NCBI GenBank assembly: GCA_034780895.1
Contig: JAUZTB010000063.1
Span: forward strand, 24,349,465 to 24,413,464
Reading direction: 5' to 3'
DNA: 64,000 nucleotides
DNA from: Rhynchobatus australiae
Lineage: Eukaryota
Shown here: piece after piece, positions 52,001-64,000 of the stretch
Layout of the letters: each line of letters starts with the position of its first letter
Position numbering within the stretch: the first letter of the stretch is position 1
The notes under the pieces: model-generated
Seen by the model: only the letters and a program-made list of their open reading frames with translations
Database searches by the model: none
What the model was told of the DNA's origin: nothing
Made by a program: the position numbers and the translations under genes

Positions 52001-55000
52001 TCCATGACAGTCCTAATGGACTTTAGGCCACACATACCCAAATGTGCATTGTAAGTGTCAGGCGCCACTACATATGACCAGGCACATCTCTGCGTGAGCA
52101 CATCTCATGGATAAAGGATATGGAACCTACTTAGTGACTATGAAAACAATGTGTCCATGATTACATTTAACAACTGTGCTTTAGGAGAAATTCCTTTGTG
52201 TAGAGCACAAAAATGTTATGCCATGTAAAGGAATGCCTAGATGCTATGAAAATACAATGATTTATAATTTATTGGTGTTGCTGGCTCCTACTTTATTCCA
52301 TATAGTTGGTGAATGACACAAAGATAATGCTATCATTTACAATTGGCTAATGACCAAAAACATCTGAATCTTTTCAGTGTCTACAAAGTAAAACATGTTC
52401 AGGGCCAATGACCTTATAAACGACTCAGGTGTAAACTTAGAGATGATGAACAGAGGATATTATAAAAGCAGTGTTATATTACTGGGTTTCTGTTATGATT
52501 ATTAAAAGACTCACAATCACAAAGACTATATGCATGGGTAACAGCAACACTGTGACTGAGATCTTTCTCACAAATTAAATGCTCTCAGGAATAAACCAGA
52601 CCTGCATATCACCTATTTATTAACCTTAAATCAAAATCTCTTTTCAATTTGTCACTTATTCAAAAAAGGGAATTAAATATTTTCTAATTGATTTGGATGT
52701 TATACTTTCTTTAATAATCTAAAAAGAGTGTTCACTGTTCTCAAACTAGTCCCTCAGCGATGAATGCTAATAGAGAAGCTTTGAAAAGATAGATATTCAT
52801 GGGATTTGAAGGCTGGTGAAAATACAGTGACAAAATAGTTGCTGAAAATAGAATTGCATACTATTAAAGAGATAACTTAAACAATTTAAAACCTTTTGAA
52901 ATGAATAGTTTCAAAGTACATCAAGAACATTCTGAATGTCCTTTGACGTAGTTGAGANNNNNNNNNNNNNNNNNNNNNNNNNNNNNNNNNNNNNNNNNNN
53001 NNNNNNNNNNNNNNNNNNNNNNNNNNNNNNNNNNNNNNNNNNNNNNNNNNNNNNNNNNNNNNNNNNNNNNNNNNNATAAAACCAAAAGTTAAACTCTGCC
53101 CACACTGCAAATAAAAATAATAAAGAAGTAAATATATTTTTCAGTGTTTTGCCTTTGAGGGATAATAGAGGCAATTTTTGTTTATAGCACAAACTCTAGA
53201 TGGTGATTGCAAATTGGCTGCTCATTATATTTCAATTTTTTGTGTACACCTTTATTTAACTCTACACACCAAAGATCTATCTAGTCCCATCTTATGTGCA
53301 TTGCCACACAAACACATTGGAGGAAATAAAAGAAATTAAAGCTACTTCAAGAAAATTCTAATATTTTTCCCTTCTTCCTTCTGCAAGGAAAGAAGACTCT
53401 AGGAATCTATGATACCACATAACTACCTTTCAACTAATCAGTACTTTATCTCCTATAATTGGAAATGCCCTCATCTTCAAGGAGCAAACCTATATGCTTA
53501 TTTTTGTCACTTTGTATTTTTCCACATTAATCTTTTGCCTTTTCTGTTTTGTTTTCTCTAACTCTTCATTTCCTCCATCTTTTGTCAATTGTCAGCATCT
53601 GTCTCCTTTTTGTAATTATTTCCTTCTCTTTTTTGGTCTATGCCCTTGATGATATTTTGCCAGGAATCTGCTTGGACCTCTCCATGAGCTGTTAGATGGA
53701 ATGAAGAAATGCTGCACCAGATGCAGATCCAATCTATGAGCTAAACTCAGCAAACTCACCTCAATGGCATAACTGAGACCATGTTCCATGGAGAAATTCT
53801 TGGCCTAATTTCACATTCTACTAGTCCAAGATGAAGGCAATTAAGCTCTGACACCCAGCATAACTTGTTGCCATTTTCTCCTTCATTGAGAATGACTCTG
53901 AGGTGGCTTTCACTGTCTTCCTCATTTGTAATTCACAATTCCCTGGCTCCATAGGTTTCTCATTTTCTGACTAATCGACAACCACACTGCTTCTGTCTGC
54001 TCACTCGGTCAGTTATGTCCCTATAGGTCTTGTGTCAGCTTATCAATAGGGAGATGGTTACAGTTTCCACATCTTTTGCAATATAATTTTACTCCTTAAT
54101 TCTTGGAAATGACAAGTCTATAAAATTTTGTGCAGAACTATTATTTTATTACTTATATGGATGTACATTTCAAAACCAGTTTAATATGTGAAAGTACATT
54201 TGTCATTTAAGTCTGCTGCTTGGTACCATTTTTGAGTGCCAAGGATGCCATTTGGTTCCAATTTGGCCTTCAAAGTGCACAGACACGTTTGTAACACAAC
54301 AGATGCTGATCGCCTACTGGGAAGGATGTTGGAATGCATGACACTAACGTCCAATCTTTCGTGACTATCATTCAGCTTTTGCTTCCAGGAATCTGCTTGA
54401 TCAACATCATCACCAAAGTTTTCTGTAGCAGAACTCATGTCAACCTTGCCTTCCTTGAAATAGACTAGGACTGTCCTTTCACTGCAGTTTGGCTAGAGAC
54501 TCACCACATGCAGATCCCATCCACTAGTTCTCCTCCACAGTACCCTGAGAATCAGCATCCAAGCCGATGGATGTGGGTATTAAGGACACTGAATGTGCTC
54601 CTTCTCCCTATTTTGTTTCTTGCTCTTCTACCAGTGCCATTCTTAGTTGTTTGAGATGTGCAAAGCACAAAGGTGTGATTGTGGAGAGGAGAAGTGGGGA
54701 AGAGGGAGTGGATCATAGGTGCAGGCTTACTCAGTTTGCACTTTGTAAATCAGAAGAGATTATAGCATGACAAGGGAGTGGTGGGGAGGAGGATTGAGGG
54801 AAGAGGTTAACATTATTTTCAGTACTGGCCTCAGTCACAGCAGCTTGGATTATTGATGCCAATGCCTCCTCTGTGGTCGTGCTGTCTTGCAGGTGCATCT
54901 GCTCCTCCTCACACTCACTGATATGGGTATGTTGTGCACTTAAACAAGAACATTTGGCTTTACACTCATTCACAGCAGTTCTCAGGCCATAATACACCTC

Positions 55001-55084
55001 ACCTTTAGGAGCTGCAGGCTACCTTTAAATAATGCAGGCCAGTTTAAACTGGTGTTAACAGTTTGAAAATAGGCCCATTTGCTG

Positions 55085-57525
55085 AGGCGTTGCTCACAGA
55101 CATACTGAGGATCTGCAGATCCTTCTATGCTGGGCTGTATGACAGAAAGGCTAGAGACAACACAGCCCCCCAAAACTCCCCGTCCTCTATCACAGAGGTG
55201 TTAGACAACAGTAAGCGGGAGAGTCTGGATCAGCCACTGATCCTGGAGGAGCTGACTAGCTCCATCAATTCCCTTGGCACGAATAAAACTCCCGGAACCG
55301 ACAGCTTACCGGCAGAGCTGTATCAGCTCTGTGGGACTGGATGGGCCAAGACCTGCTGCAAGTGTATCACTATGCTTCTGGCTGGCAGCATGTCAAACTC
55401 CATAAGGAAGGGCATCACTACCTTCATCAACAAGCAGAAGGGGGAGAGGGAGGACGTCAGGAATTGGAGACCCATTTCACTGTTGAATGTGGACTATAAG
55501 ATCCTGTCCAAGGCCAATCTGCTCTGGGACAGGTGATTCACCCAGACCAAACCTGTGCTGTACCTGGCAGGAGAATTTCTGACAGCCATGCGCTGCTCAG
55601 GGATACCATCACCTACGTACAGGACAGATGCCTGCCTGGTCAGCATAGACCGGGAGAAGGCCTTCGACAGGATATCACACACACACATGTTGGACGTGCT
55701 CTTCAAAATGGGTTTTGGGTATGGAATCAGAAATTGGATCCAAATTGGATATCTCTGTAGAGCAGTTCAAATCAATGGGTGGGAGATAGATAGTTTTACA
55801 TCTAGTCTGGAGTCAGACAGGCTTGTCCACTCTCCCCTGTCCTGTTTGTGTGTTGCATAGGACTCTTTGCTGAAACCACCAGGAAGGACGAGAGCATCAG
55901 AGGGGTGAAATTGCCAGGTCGTGGAGGCACTCAAGTCAAAACCTCCTGTACATGGGCGATGTTGCTGGCTTCTGCTTGCATTCGCAGTCAGTTTGCAGAT
56001 TGATTGGCATCTGTGACCAGTTCGTGTTGGCATCTGGGGCCAGAGTCAAACGCAGGAAGAGAGATGCTCTTCAGTAACTGCCCTGACTGATCCAACATCC
56101 CCCTCACTGTCAGGTCTGACTACCTGAAGGTGCTGGGGGATCTGGTTTGGAGGGGGGGTGAGGCGTGTAACAAGAATTGGCTGGAGAAGACTGGGAAGGT
56201 AAAACAAAAATTGGGTCTGTGGAAACAGGATTCTCTGTCNNNAACTGGGAGGAACTTGGTCATCAGGTGTGATGTGCTCTCAGGGCTGCTGTACTTGGCA
56301 GAGGTGTGGCGTGTTCCTCACTCCTCTGCCTTGGTATTCACCTGGAACATCTTCTAGTTTATCTGGGGGTCCAAGATGGAGCAAGTCCAATGGGTCACGA
56401 TGCACAAGTCCCCAGAGAATGGGGGGCAAAATTGTATCCAACGTTGCCCTCATCCTGATGACTACATTTGTGTGTAATTGATCAGACAGTGTGCAGACCC
56501 AAAGTATGTGGGCACCAAGAGTCACTACGTGCGGAGGTTCTACCTGTCCCTGGTGTTGCGGAGGATAGGCCTGGCCCCTCTACCGCACAATGTACCAGTC
56601 AGCTTGGACATTGCTGCACTATCTGTCCTTTATAGAAGAGTTCTTCCAAATAAACACCTTTGACAACAAGTCCATCAGACTGTGGTCAGCATGGAATGTA
56701 TTTCAGACACTGAGGGACAGGGACACAATGGGTTCTGTGGGTTTGTTCCCTGAACAGACTGTCCAAACCATTTGACAGAACACCTTATTGCCAGATCTCA
56801 CCAACAGGCACCAAGACCTCACTTGGCTGATGGTGAGAGGGGCCCTCCCGGTCAGAGCTTTCCTCTACAGACAACATATCACCCCAATGCACATTGCCCT
56901 TGGGACGGCTGTGGTGGGGAAGAGACGGTCGCACACCTCTTTGCATACTGTGCAATGTGAAGAGGGTGTGGAGACGGATGCAAAAGTCTGTGTCCCAGTT
57001 CATCTGCTGCAGCTGCGTAACAGAGGACTCTCTGATCTACAGGCTGTTCACAGGAACACACACTGAGACACACACTGAGACAGACATCAAGTGCTGCTGA
57101 AAGGTCAACAACTTGGTGAAAGATGCCCATTGGCCTGCCCGAAACTTGTTGGTCATCCAGCACAGTGAGATGTCTGTAAGGGAATGCTGCCAACTGGCAC
57201 AATGCAGGCTGCAGTAGTACATGCTGAGGGATGAACTGAAGCTCAGTGCAGCCAATGCTAAGGCTCTGTAGGGAAGGACCACAGTCTAGGCTCCTTCTGC
57301 TACTACACATGGAGGGCTGGAGTTGGGAGGGGAATCCCCTCAAACAATAAAAAGGACGCATCACCCCAAGGGTCCACACGAGTGGCATGGTGCTATGTTT
57401 GTTTGTTTTTCTTTAAAAATAAGTTTACTCTGCTGAATGTAACGACCATGAATGTAAAAGTTTTTTTTGCACTGTTTCTTCCTTTGTATATATTTTTTTC
57501 CTATGAATAAAGTTTATTTTTGAAA
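55085..57525 (+). mobile_element. Tx1-clade (L1-Tx1) non-LTR retrotransposon, 5'-truncated and frameshifted
   Basis: RT motifs KTPGTDSLPAELY, RNWRPISLLNVDYKILSK, IHPDQTCAVPGRRISD, SIDREKAFDRISH and LYMGDV; zinc knuckle CPWDGCGGEETVAHLFAYC; T-rich 3' UTR with AATAAA at 57506. Confidence 0.92.
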
Positions 57526-60500
57526 TATGAATCTAACTCAACAGTGCAGTCAGAGCTGGCTGGAGGCTAAATCATTTGGTGAGCAGGCAACAAAGTTAGT
57601 GTGCTGTCTGTGTTCATCACCCATCGCTGTCTCCATATGTGTTTTCAGGTGCAATCCAATTTATGCACCTTTGAAACCATTATGGTTGCAAAGATATTTA
57701 ACAAAGCTCTAGAAGTAGCTTAGCAGTGAATCCTTTCAAACCTTACTGAATAAGAAAGCTGACATTTTTACACTGAAGAAAGGAATTCAAACTTTAAGAT
57801 CCTATTATTCGTTCTCCAAGGTAACAAGTAGAATGAGGTGAATCTAATCATTATTCTTCCTTTCAAGGGCAAAGTCATGATAGACACGACTTAATGTGTA
57901 TCTTGCTAGAATTGGATTTGATCCTCAGGGCTGGGCCAGAGGGCTCCTTTTGTTAGATTTGTAAGATTAACTCTCTGCACATATGAAATTGCTGTCAGCA
58001 CCAGGCATCAGCTGCAGTATTCAGTGCTATTTCTCATTCGCGATTTTAGTCACATATTAAATCTTCTTAAATTGTCTACATGATCATTTGCAGAGAGAAT
58101 GGGATTAAGGTCTTGGAGGAAGATTAACACAGTTTTCTGCTGGTTCAGAGAACGGGTTGCCTGCTGACACCAGCGGCATACTTTGTTTGCATAACCTGAG
58201 TAGTTCGGAGCAGAGCTTTCACTGTGGGGTTTCGCTGTACACTTTAAAGGTGCGAGGAATAGAACTTGATTGAGCCAGGTGGAAATGCAATAAGAATAAA
58301 CATATTTCACAATACCGAAATGCCATTTTCAATCATTTCCAAATCCAACCTACATGCATCAAAAATATTGCATAAGTAATTTTTCTGAATAAAACTGTTC
58401 CTATTAAATAGTTGTAATAGCAGGCTGAAAGCTGGCTGCATTATTATTTGTAATTAAAGGATCCATTATTTGAGTAATTACCTGTCAGTCATCTTCTCTA
58501 ATTCCTTTTGTACTGTTTTTTATGATGAATGAAGAGATGATACACCGATGTTTTCTAAACCTTGACTGCCTTCACAGTTTCTAAAGTAATTATAACATTT
58601 CCCATTGTGAAAGAAATAAACCAATGTTCTAGAAGAAGCAATCTGTGTGCACTTGGTGCAAGTGTCACAAATTATATAGGAGCACTCATTCCTAAGGTGA
58701 ATCTAGGTCACAAATGTGTTTATAATTGCTGAAACATTGTAATTGGATCATTAATTAATCATTCATAAACCTAATGAAGCTTAATACCATATTTTGACCT
58801 TTGAACACCAGCCACCAAGGAGTCTGTCGATTCCATACACCTTAATAAATACCACAATTCACTAAAAGGCAACCTGAAATATTAAGGCCTTACAGAATGT
58901 CTGTTTAGGAATATCATATAATAGATAGCTAAAATTACTCTGAAAGCTTAACACTGGCAAGGAATTTAATGTTGCACACCTGATTATTTTAATTAAAGTT
59001 CCCTGTGAATTTTTTGATATTATGAAGCAAACTATAAGCCAACAGATTTCTTAAGAAGTGAGATTTGCAAGTCATTTACAACCGTTATCCACTTATAACT
59101 AAGATTAGCAATAATACTCTTATTTGATTAACTGGATTAATCAATGATATTAATTAAACAATAAATAGGTCAATTAAATGAAATTAGCAAGGGTTAATGT
59201 TGCTCTTTTGAGATCAGAGAAATTATAAGTTCTGTAACTTATGTGTTTGAGGCAATTGTTAAGATGCTGTTGTTGGATCTTTTATTACAAAAGATGTTCA
59301 AAGCCATGTCAAAGAAGAATTAATTGCTCTCCAGATCTGTTTTTGATTCTCTTTTTACTCTTCTGCTGTGATTTAGTTGGTGTGTTTCCCTCTGTTTTCC
59401 ATCATTGGAATGTTAGGTTAAACTTTATGTATGCTGAAACCTGCCCATCTACCTTTGAAGAAGCCAAGCAATTTTGTGTTTGGTGGAGCTGTACATATTT
59501 ATTAATAAAGAACAATAAACTCTGTCTTCTGTAGTGTTTACCTGTCTATCCTCTCTGGGACAAGGAACAGCATTGATTGGAAGTTAAAGCATGGAGAAAG
59601 TGAGAGTTTGGAAAGTGACCGAGGGATGAAGAAATGTTAAAAGTAAGGCCTCGAGATGACGTGTGGAGTTTGGTTTCATTATTGGAGTTAAGAATGGAAT
59701 GACCTAAGTATAGTTCTGAAGATGATACCATTTCAACTTTTACACTAATATCTGTTTTTGATGGGAAGGATGGCCCTTGTGTGATTACTGCAAATATTTC
59801 AAGTATATATTTTAATGGATAAGGGTGGGATTTTGTACTGNNNNNNNNNNTTATTAATTGGTAAAAATGAACTTCATTAGGGAAACCTGTGAGAAATACT
59901 GTCTTGAAGTCATGCAGCCTGGGAAGAGATTTGAATTTTACATTTGGAATGGGAAGTCGCCACTGGAGTTATTGTGGGCCATTTTGAAGCAACTCAGAAT
60001 CTCTCCATTGTCAAAGGTCTTAGAGGACCATTTGCCTCACCGTGCCACACCTCCATCTGCATCAACTCCCTCCAAACAATGGCAACTGACATGAATCAGT
60101 ACTCATGAATGTGATAGTTTTTGTTAGTTCAACCACAGCACTGATGAGCAGGATGAGCATTCTCCCCTCCTGCAGCATTTCCTTTTACTCCCACACATTC
60201 CCATCCCCAGCTTATTCCCTTTTTCATAAATGGATGGCAATGTCCTGGGNNNNNNNNNNNNNNNNNNNNNNNNNNNNNNNNNNNNNNNNNNNNNNNNNNN
60301 NNNNNNNNNNNNNNNNNNNCAGTAGGAAAATTAGGGAAGAAATGGAAGAAAAGAAAATAAATAGTTTCTTTTTGCTGTGTAAAGCTATCAGAAACCCCAG
60401 GACTCAAGTCATTTTCCTCACAGTATATTGAAGCAGGAGTTATCTGCTCAATAAAAAAAAATACAAATCTCAGCCAACTGGATGCCAAACCTTTATTAAA

Positions 60501-60909
60501 ATCACCATCAGAATTTCAGTAGCTGGTTGCAGGGTACAAATCATTTATTTAAAATTTCCATCACTTTCAAAAACCCTGCCCTCTACATGGTGCCGATTTT
60601 TGTCATTCCCTGTGATAATGTGGTTGTGTCCGAATCCTGCTGTTACTATTCAGATCATGATACAATCATTCAAATATAAATCAAAAGTCACTGCAAGGAT
60701 GCTGAAAATGTTTTTTGAAAATCACTTCATTACGACTGACCTGGATTATACTTTACCAGTTAATAATTTTGTGAGAGAGAAAATGGAACAATATTCACAT
60801 CCTTTGTGCTACTTTCTCTCATTCCAGACTAAAAACAATTAAATATTTTAAAAGGAGATTCATGTGGTGCTTTGATCACTGATCACTGGTCAGACACCTC
60901 AACTCAGAT

Positions 60910-61455
60910 AGAGTCATAGAGCTGTACAACACAGAAATAGGACCTTCAGCCCAACTCGTCCATGCCAAACAAGTTGCCTACCTGAGCTAGTCCCATTTAC
61001 CTGCATTTGGCCTAAATCTTTCTAAACCTTTCATATAACTGTCCAACTGTCTTTTAAAAACTGTAATTGTATCTGCCCCCACCACTTCTTCTGGTGGCTC
61101 ATTCTATATAGCCACCTCCCTTTGTGTGAAAAGTTGCCTCTCAAGTCTCTTTTAAATCTTTCTCCTCTCTCTTTAAAACTATGCCCTCTAGTTTTGGATT
61201 CCCCTACCCAGAGGGAAAGACTGTGGCTATTCACCTTATCTATGCTCCTCATGATTTTATAAACCTCTCTAAAGTCACCCCTCAGAACTCCTGCTCTTCA
61301 GGGAAAAAAGCCCTCGCCTATCAGGTGTTTTTTTTCAAACCCCCTAGTCCCAGGAACATCCTCATTAATCTTTTTTGCACCCTTTACAGTTTAATGACAT
61401 CCTTCCCATAGCAGGGTGACCAGAACTGTATGCAATACTCAGGATGGTCTTCCAA
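60910..61455 (-). mobile_element. CR1 LINE 3' fragment
   Basis: Translates MRSIDKVNSHSL...GESKTRGHSFKERGERFKRDLRGNF, with the terminal gagtcatagag repeat. Confidence 0.85.
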
Positions 61456-62147
61456 TGTCTGGTACAGCTGCAGCAACAAACAATATTCTGGAGGAACTGA
61501 GCAGGTCAGGCAGCATCTGTGGAGGGAAGTGTACAGTCGACATTTCAGGTAGACTCCTCATCTGGGCTGCAGCCACAGCTAGCAGCAGTTTGTTGTGTTC
61601 TGCCTTTGAAATTGATCCCATTGGCTTCAACAGAATGAATTTCAGAGGCAGTGACTCTATAATAAATCACATGTAACGCTAGCAACTGGAAATGGATTTC
61701 CAGGTAAATATTGCTTAACTCTGAAAACCAGATCCTATAGCTTTATACTTTATATATATGCCAAAAGTAAAGTAACAAAGATTATTTTGCCTTTGTCAAA
61801 TTTTCAACTCCATTTTGGAAATTTTATCAGGTGAGATGATCACCATTACAAAACATAAAATTTTTTCTATTTTATTTCAATGAGCTGTTAAAAGACTATC
61901 TTGGCTATCTGTTTCTCAATGGGTAGAGTGACTAATTATGCATTAGACATCATACAACTTCAGCAAAGGCCAAAAACCACAGTCAGTTAAGTTAACCTTG
62001 ATGCATAAGATAGTGAAATTCCCAGGAATGAGCATTTCTAAGCTTTTCATTGCCTTAGAATTTATGGACAGCACTGAGGTGTCTGTGCTTGCTGTAGTCC
62101 AATGCACTAATGCCACACATGCTAGGCGTGGATCTCCTGAGTACAAC

Positions 62148-62680
62148 TTAGTTTAGTTTATTATTATTGTCACATGTACCAAGATGCAGTGAAAAACTTT
62201 TTTTTGTTTGTCTGCCATCCAGATAGATCATTCCATGCATAAGTACATTGAGGTAGAACAAAAGGATTAAATAAAGAATGCAGAATATAACGTTATAGTT
62301 ACAGAGAAAGCACAGTGCAGGTAGACAACTAAACTGCAAGGGCCATGACGACCTGGAATGAGAGATCAAGAGCTCATNNNNNNNNNNNNNNNNNNNNNNN
62401 NNNNNNNNNNNNNNNNNNNNNNNNNNNNNNNNNNNNNNNNNNNNNNNNNNNNNNNNNNNNNNNNNNNNNNNNNNNNNNNNNNNNNNNNNNNNNNNNNNNN
62501 NNNNNNNNNNNNNNNNNNNNNNNNNNNNNNNNNNNNNNNNNNNNNNNNNNNNNNNNNNNNNNNNNNNNNNNNNNNNNNNNNNNNNNNNNNNNNNNNNNNN
62601 NNNNNNNNNNNNNTCTCACATCTCTGCAATTTCTAGTGGTCTTGGACAGAGGAGTTGCCATACCAAGCTGTGATGCATTC
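62148..62680 (-). mobile_element. Rex1/Babar-like LINE 3' portion spanning an N gap
   Basis: Matches the 19750-19940 end and the 20240-20282 sequence (ttgccataccaagct). Confidence 0.7.
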
Positions 62681-64000
62681 AGATAGGAACTTGTTGTATG
62701 AAGGTAGCCCCATCCACAGTGATAAGGCTGTAGCATTGTCCCCATGTACATCCCATCACGACAAGAAATCACCAGGTGGACAGAGGCTACAGGGACCACT
62801 TAAGGTGAGCAAGATTCATTCTAATAGAATGAAAGTCTTCAAATTATAAGCATGATGGAGCTGAATGAAATGTATGTTAATCGATTTTCAAGATATTTAG
62901 GGATGACTTTAATAATAATTAAAAATTTAAATTGGTATTTATTGACAAAAATGTGGTCTGATAATGAATTTTCCATATAGTAAGCATTTGGGTAAATAAC
63001 CACAATACTGTAAAGTCAAAAAATTCTTTGCTTTCTGACTTGTAACTTCATCTTCACGCTTGTACCAGAACATTTCAAAATTAACAGTCATGCCATCATT
63101 CTGAAAAGTTACCTTAAATCTGAATGATAGAGCCATTATTGAAAAACAAAACTGATTTGTCATACCAAGATGAAGGAAGTCAAGAATTATTCTGGAGCAG
63201 AAATTAACTCTAAAATCTATTTCTGCAATAGCTATTTTACAGTGATAAACTCATTTTATATATATGTAATGTGTTCTGTTCATTATTTTACTATGATATT
63301 AGGTGATTTCTCATTTTACAATGGTGCACTAATGAGGTGTTGTGGATCAGTGTTTTCAATATTATTTACCACAACCATATAACCCAGAAGGCTGAGTGTA
63401 TCCATTACATTGGTCTACTTAAGTAGCTGTAAATAACTGGATCACATAACCTTGTCCTTCCAAGTTAAACATATATAATATGGCTTCCCTAAAGAACAGA
63501 GTAATATTGTTTCGAAAGGATGTTTATTCTCGTCCCTGTAAACCATCTCCTGTGGGACAACAGGATCATTAAGGATGCATTCCTTCTGCATCTACAGCAT
63601 CCCAATGTGATTATGGAAACAAGTGCTGTGAGACCCCTCTAAGGAAGAAGTCTCACACCACTTAAATTTGACATCGGTGAGGTGCCAAACCTGATTTAAG
63701 ATGCACTCAGGGGAGATCAGCAGTTCCCTCAGCAATTTTTTAATGTTTAAAGCAAGTGGGCATTTCTGCACCTACCCTTTAAACATTTAAATGTTGATTT
63801 CCAAAAGGGAAGCCCTGCCCACCTGAAATAAAAGGTAAGTTATGAATACATGACTTATTCCACAGGTAAGTCCTGTAATCTATCAACCATGTCCTGATTT
63901 GCATTGAGGGAAATGAGATTCACAGAATTAAAGTAGATAGTATATTTGAAAGCTAATATCAAAAAGCACGTAAGGCGAATGGCACACATTATTCTGTAAT

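Noticed and set aside
63830-63871. Two AG|GTAAGT motifs, one resembling a recursive splice site (ttattccacag|gtaagt)
   Set aside because: No supported + strand gene spans this position, and the context looks like a decayed repeat.

Overview
This is AT-rich, CpG-poor vertebrate genomic DNA from a gapped draft assembly. Its repeats (HE1-like V-SINEs, Deu-type SINEs, many CR1 LINEs, Rex1/Babar, Tx1) point to a cartilaginous fish (shark or ray). Two protein-coding genes are supported. The first is the last five coding exons and 3' UTR of BRD1/BRPF2 (PWWP domain, + strand, 482-10467). The second is an intact KCTD4-like BTB/POZ gene with a single coding exon (- strand, 35197-35970), arranged tail-to-tail with BRD1. 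The rest is intergenic DNA with decayed transposons, including a 2.4-kb 5'-truncated Tx1 LINE. The most notable points are that the KCTD4-like gene appears to lie outside its usual GTF2F2 host intron, and that the 6.5-kb block 20155-26612 looks inverted (assembly error or polymorphism). I did not find a convincingly new multi-gene system. Homology calls rest on recalled sequences, not database searches, and repeat boundaries are approximate.
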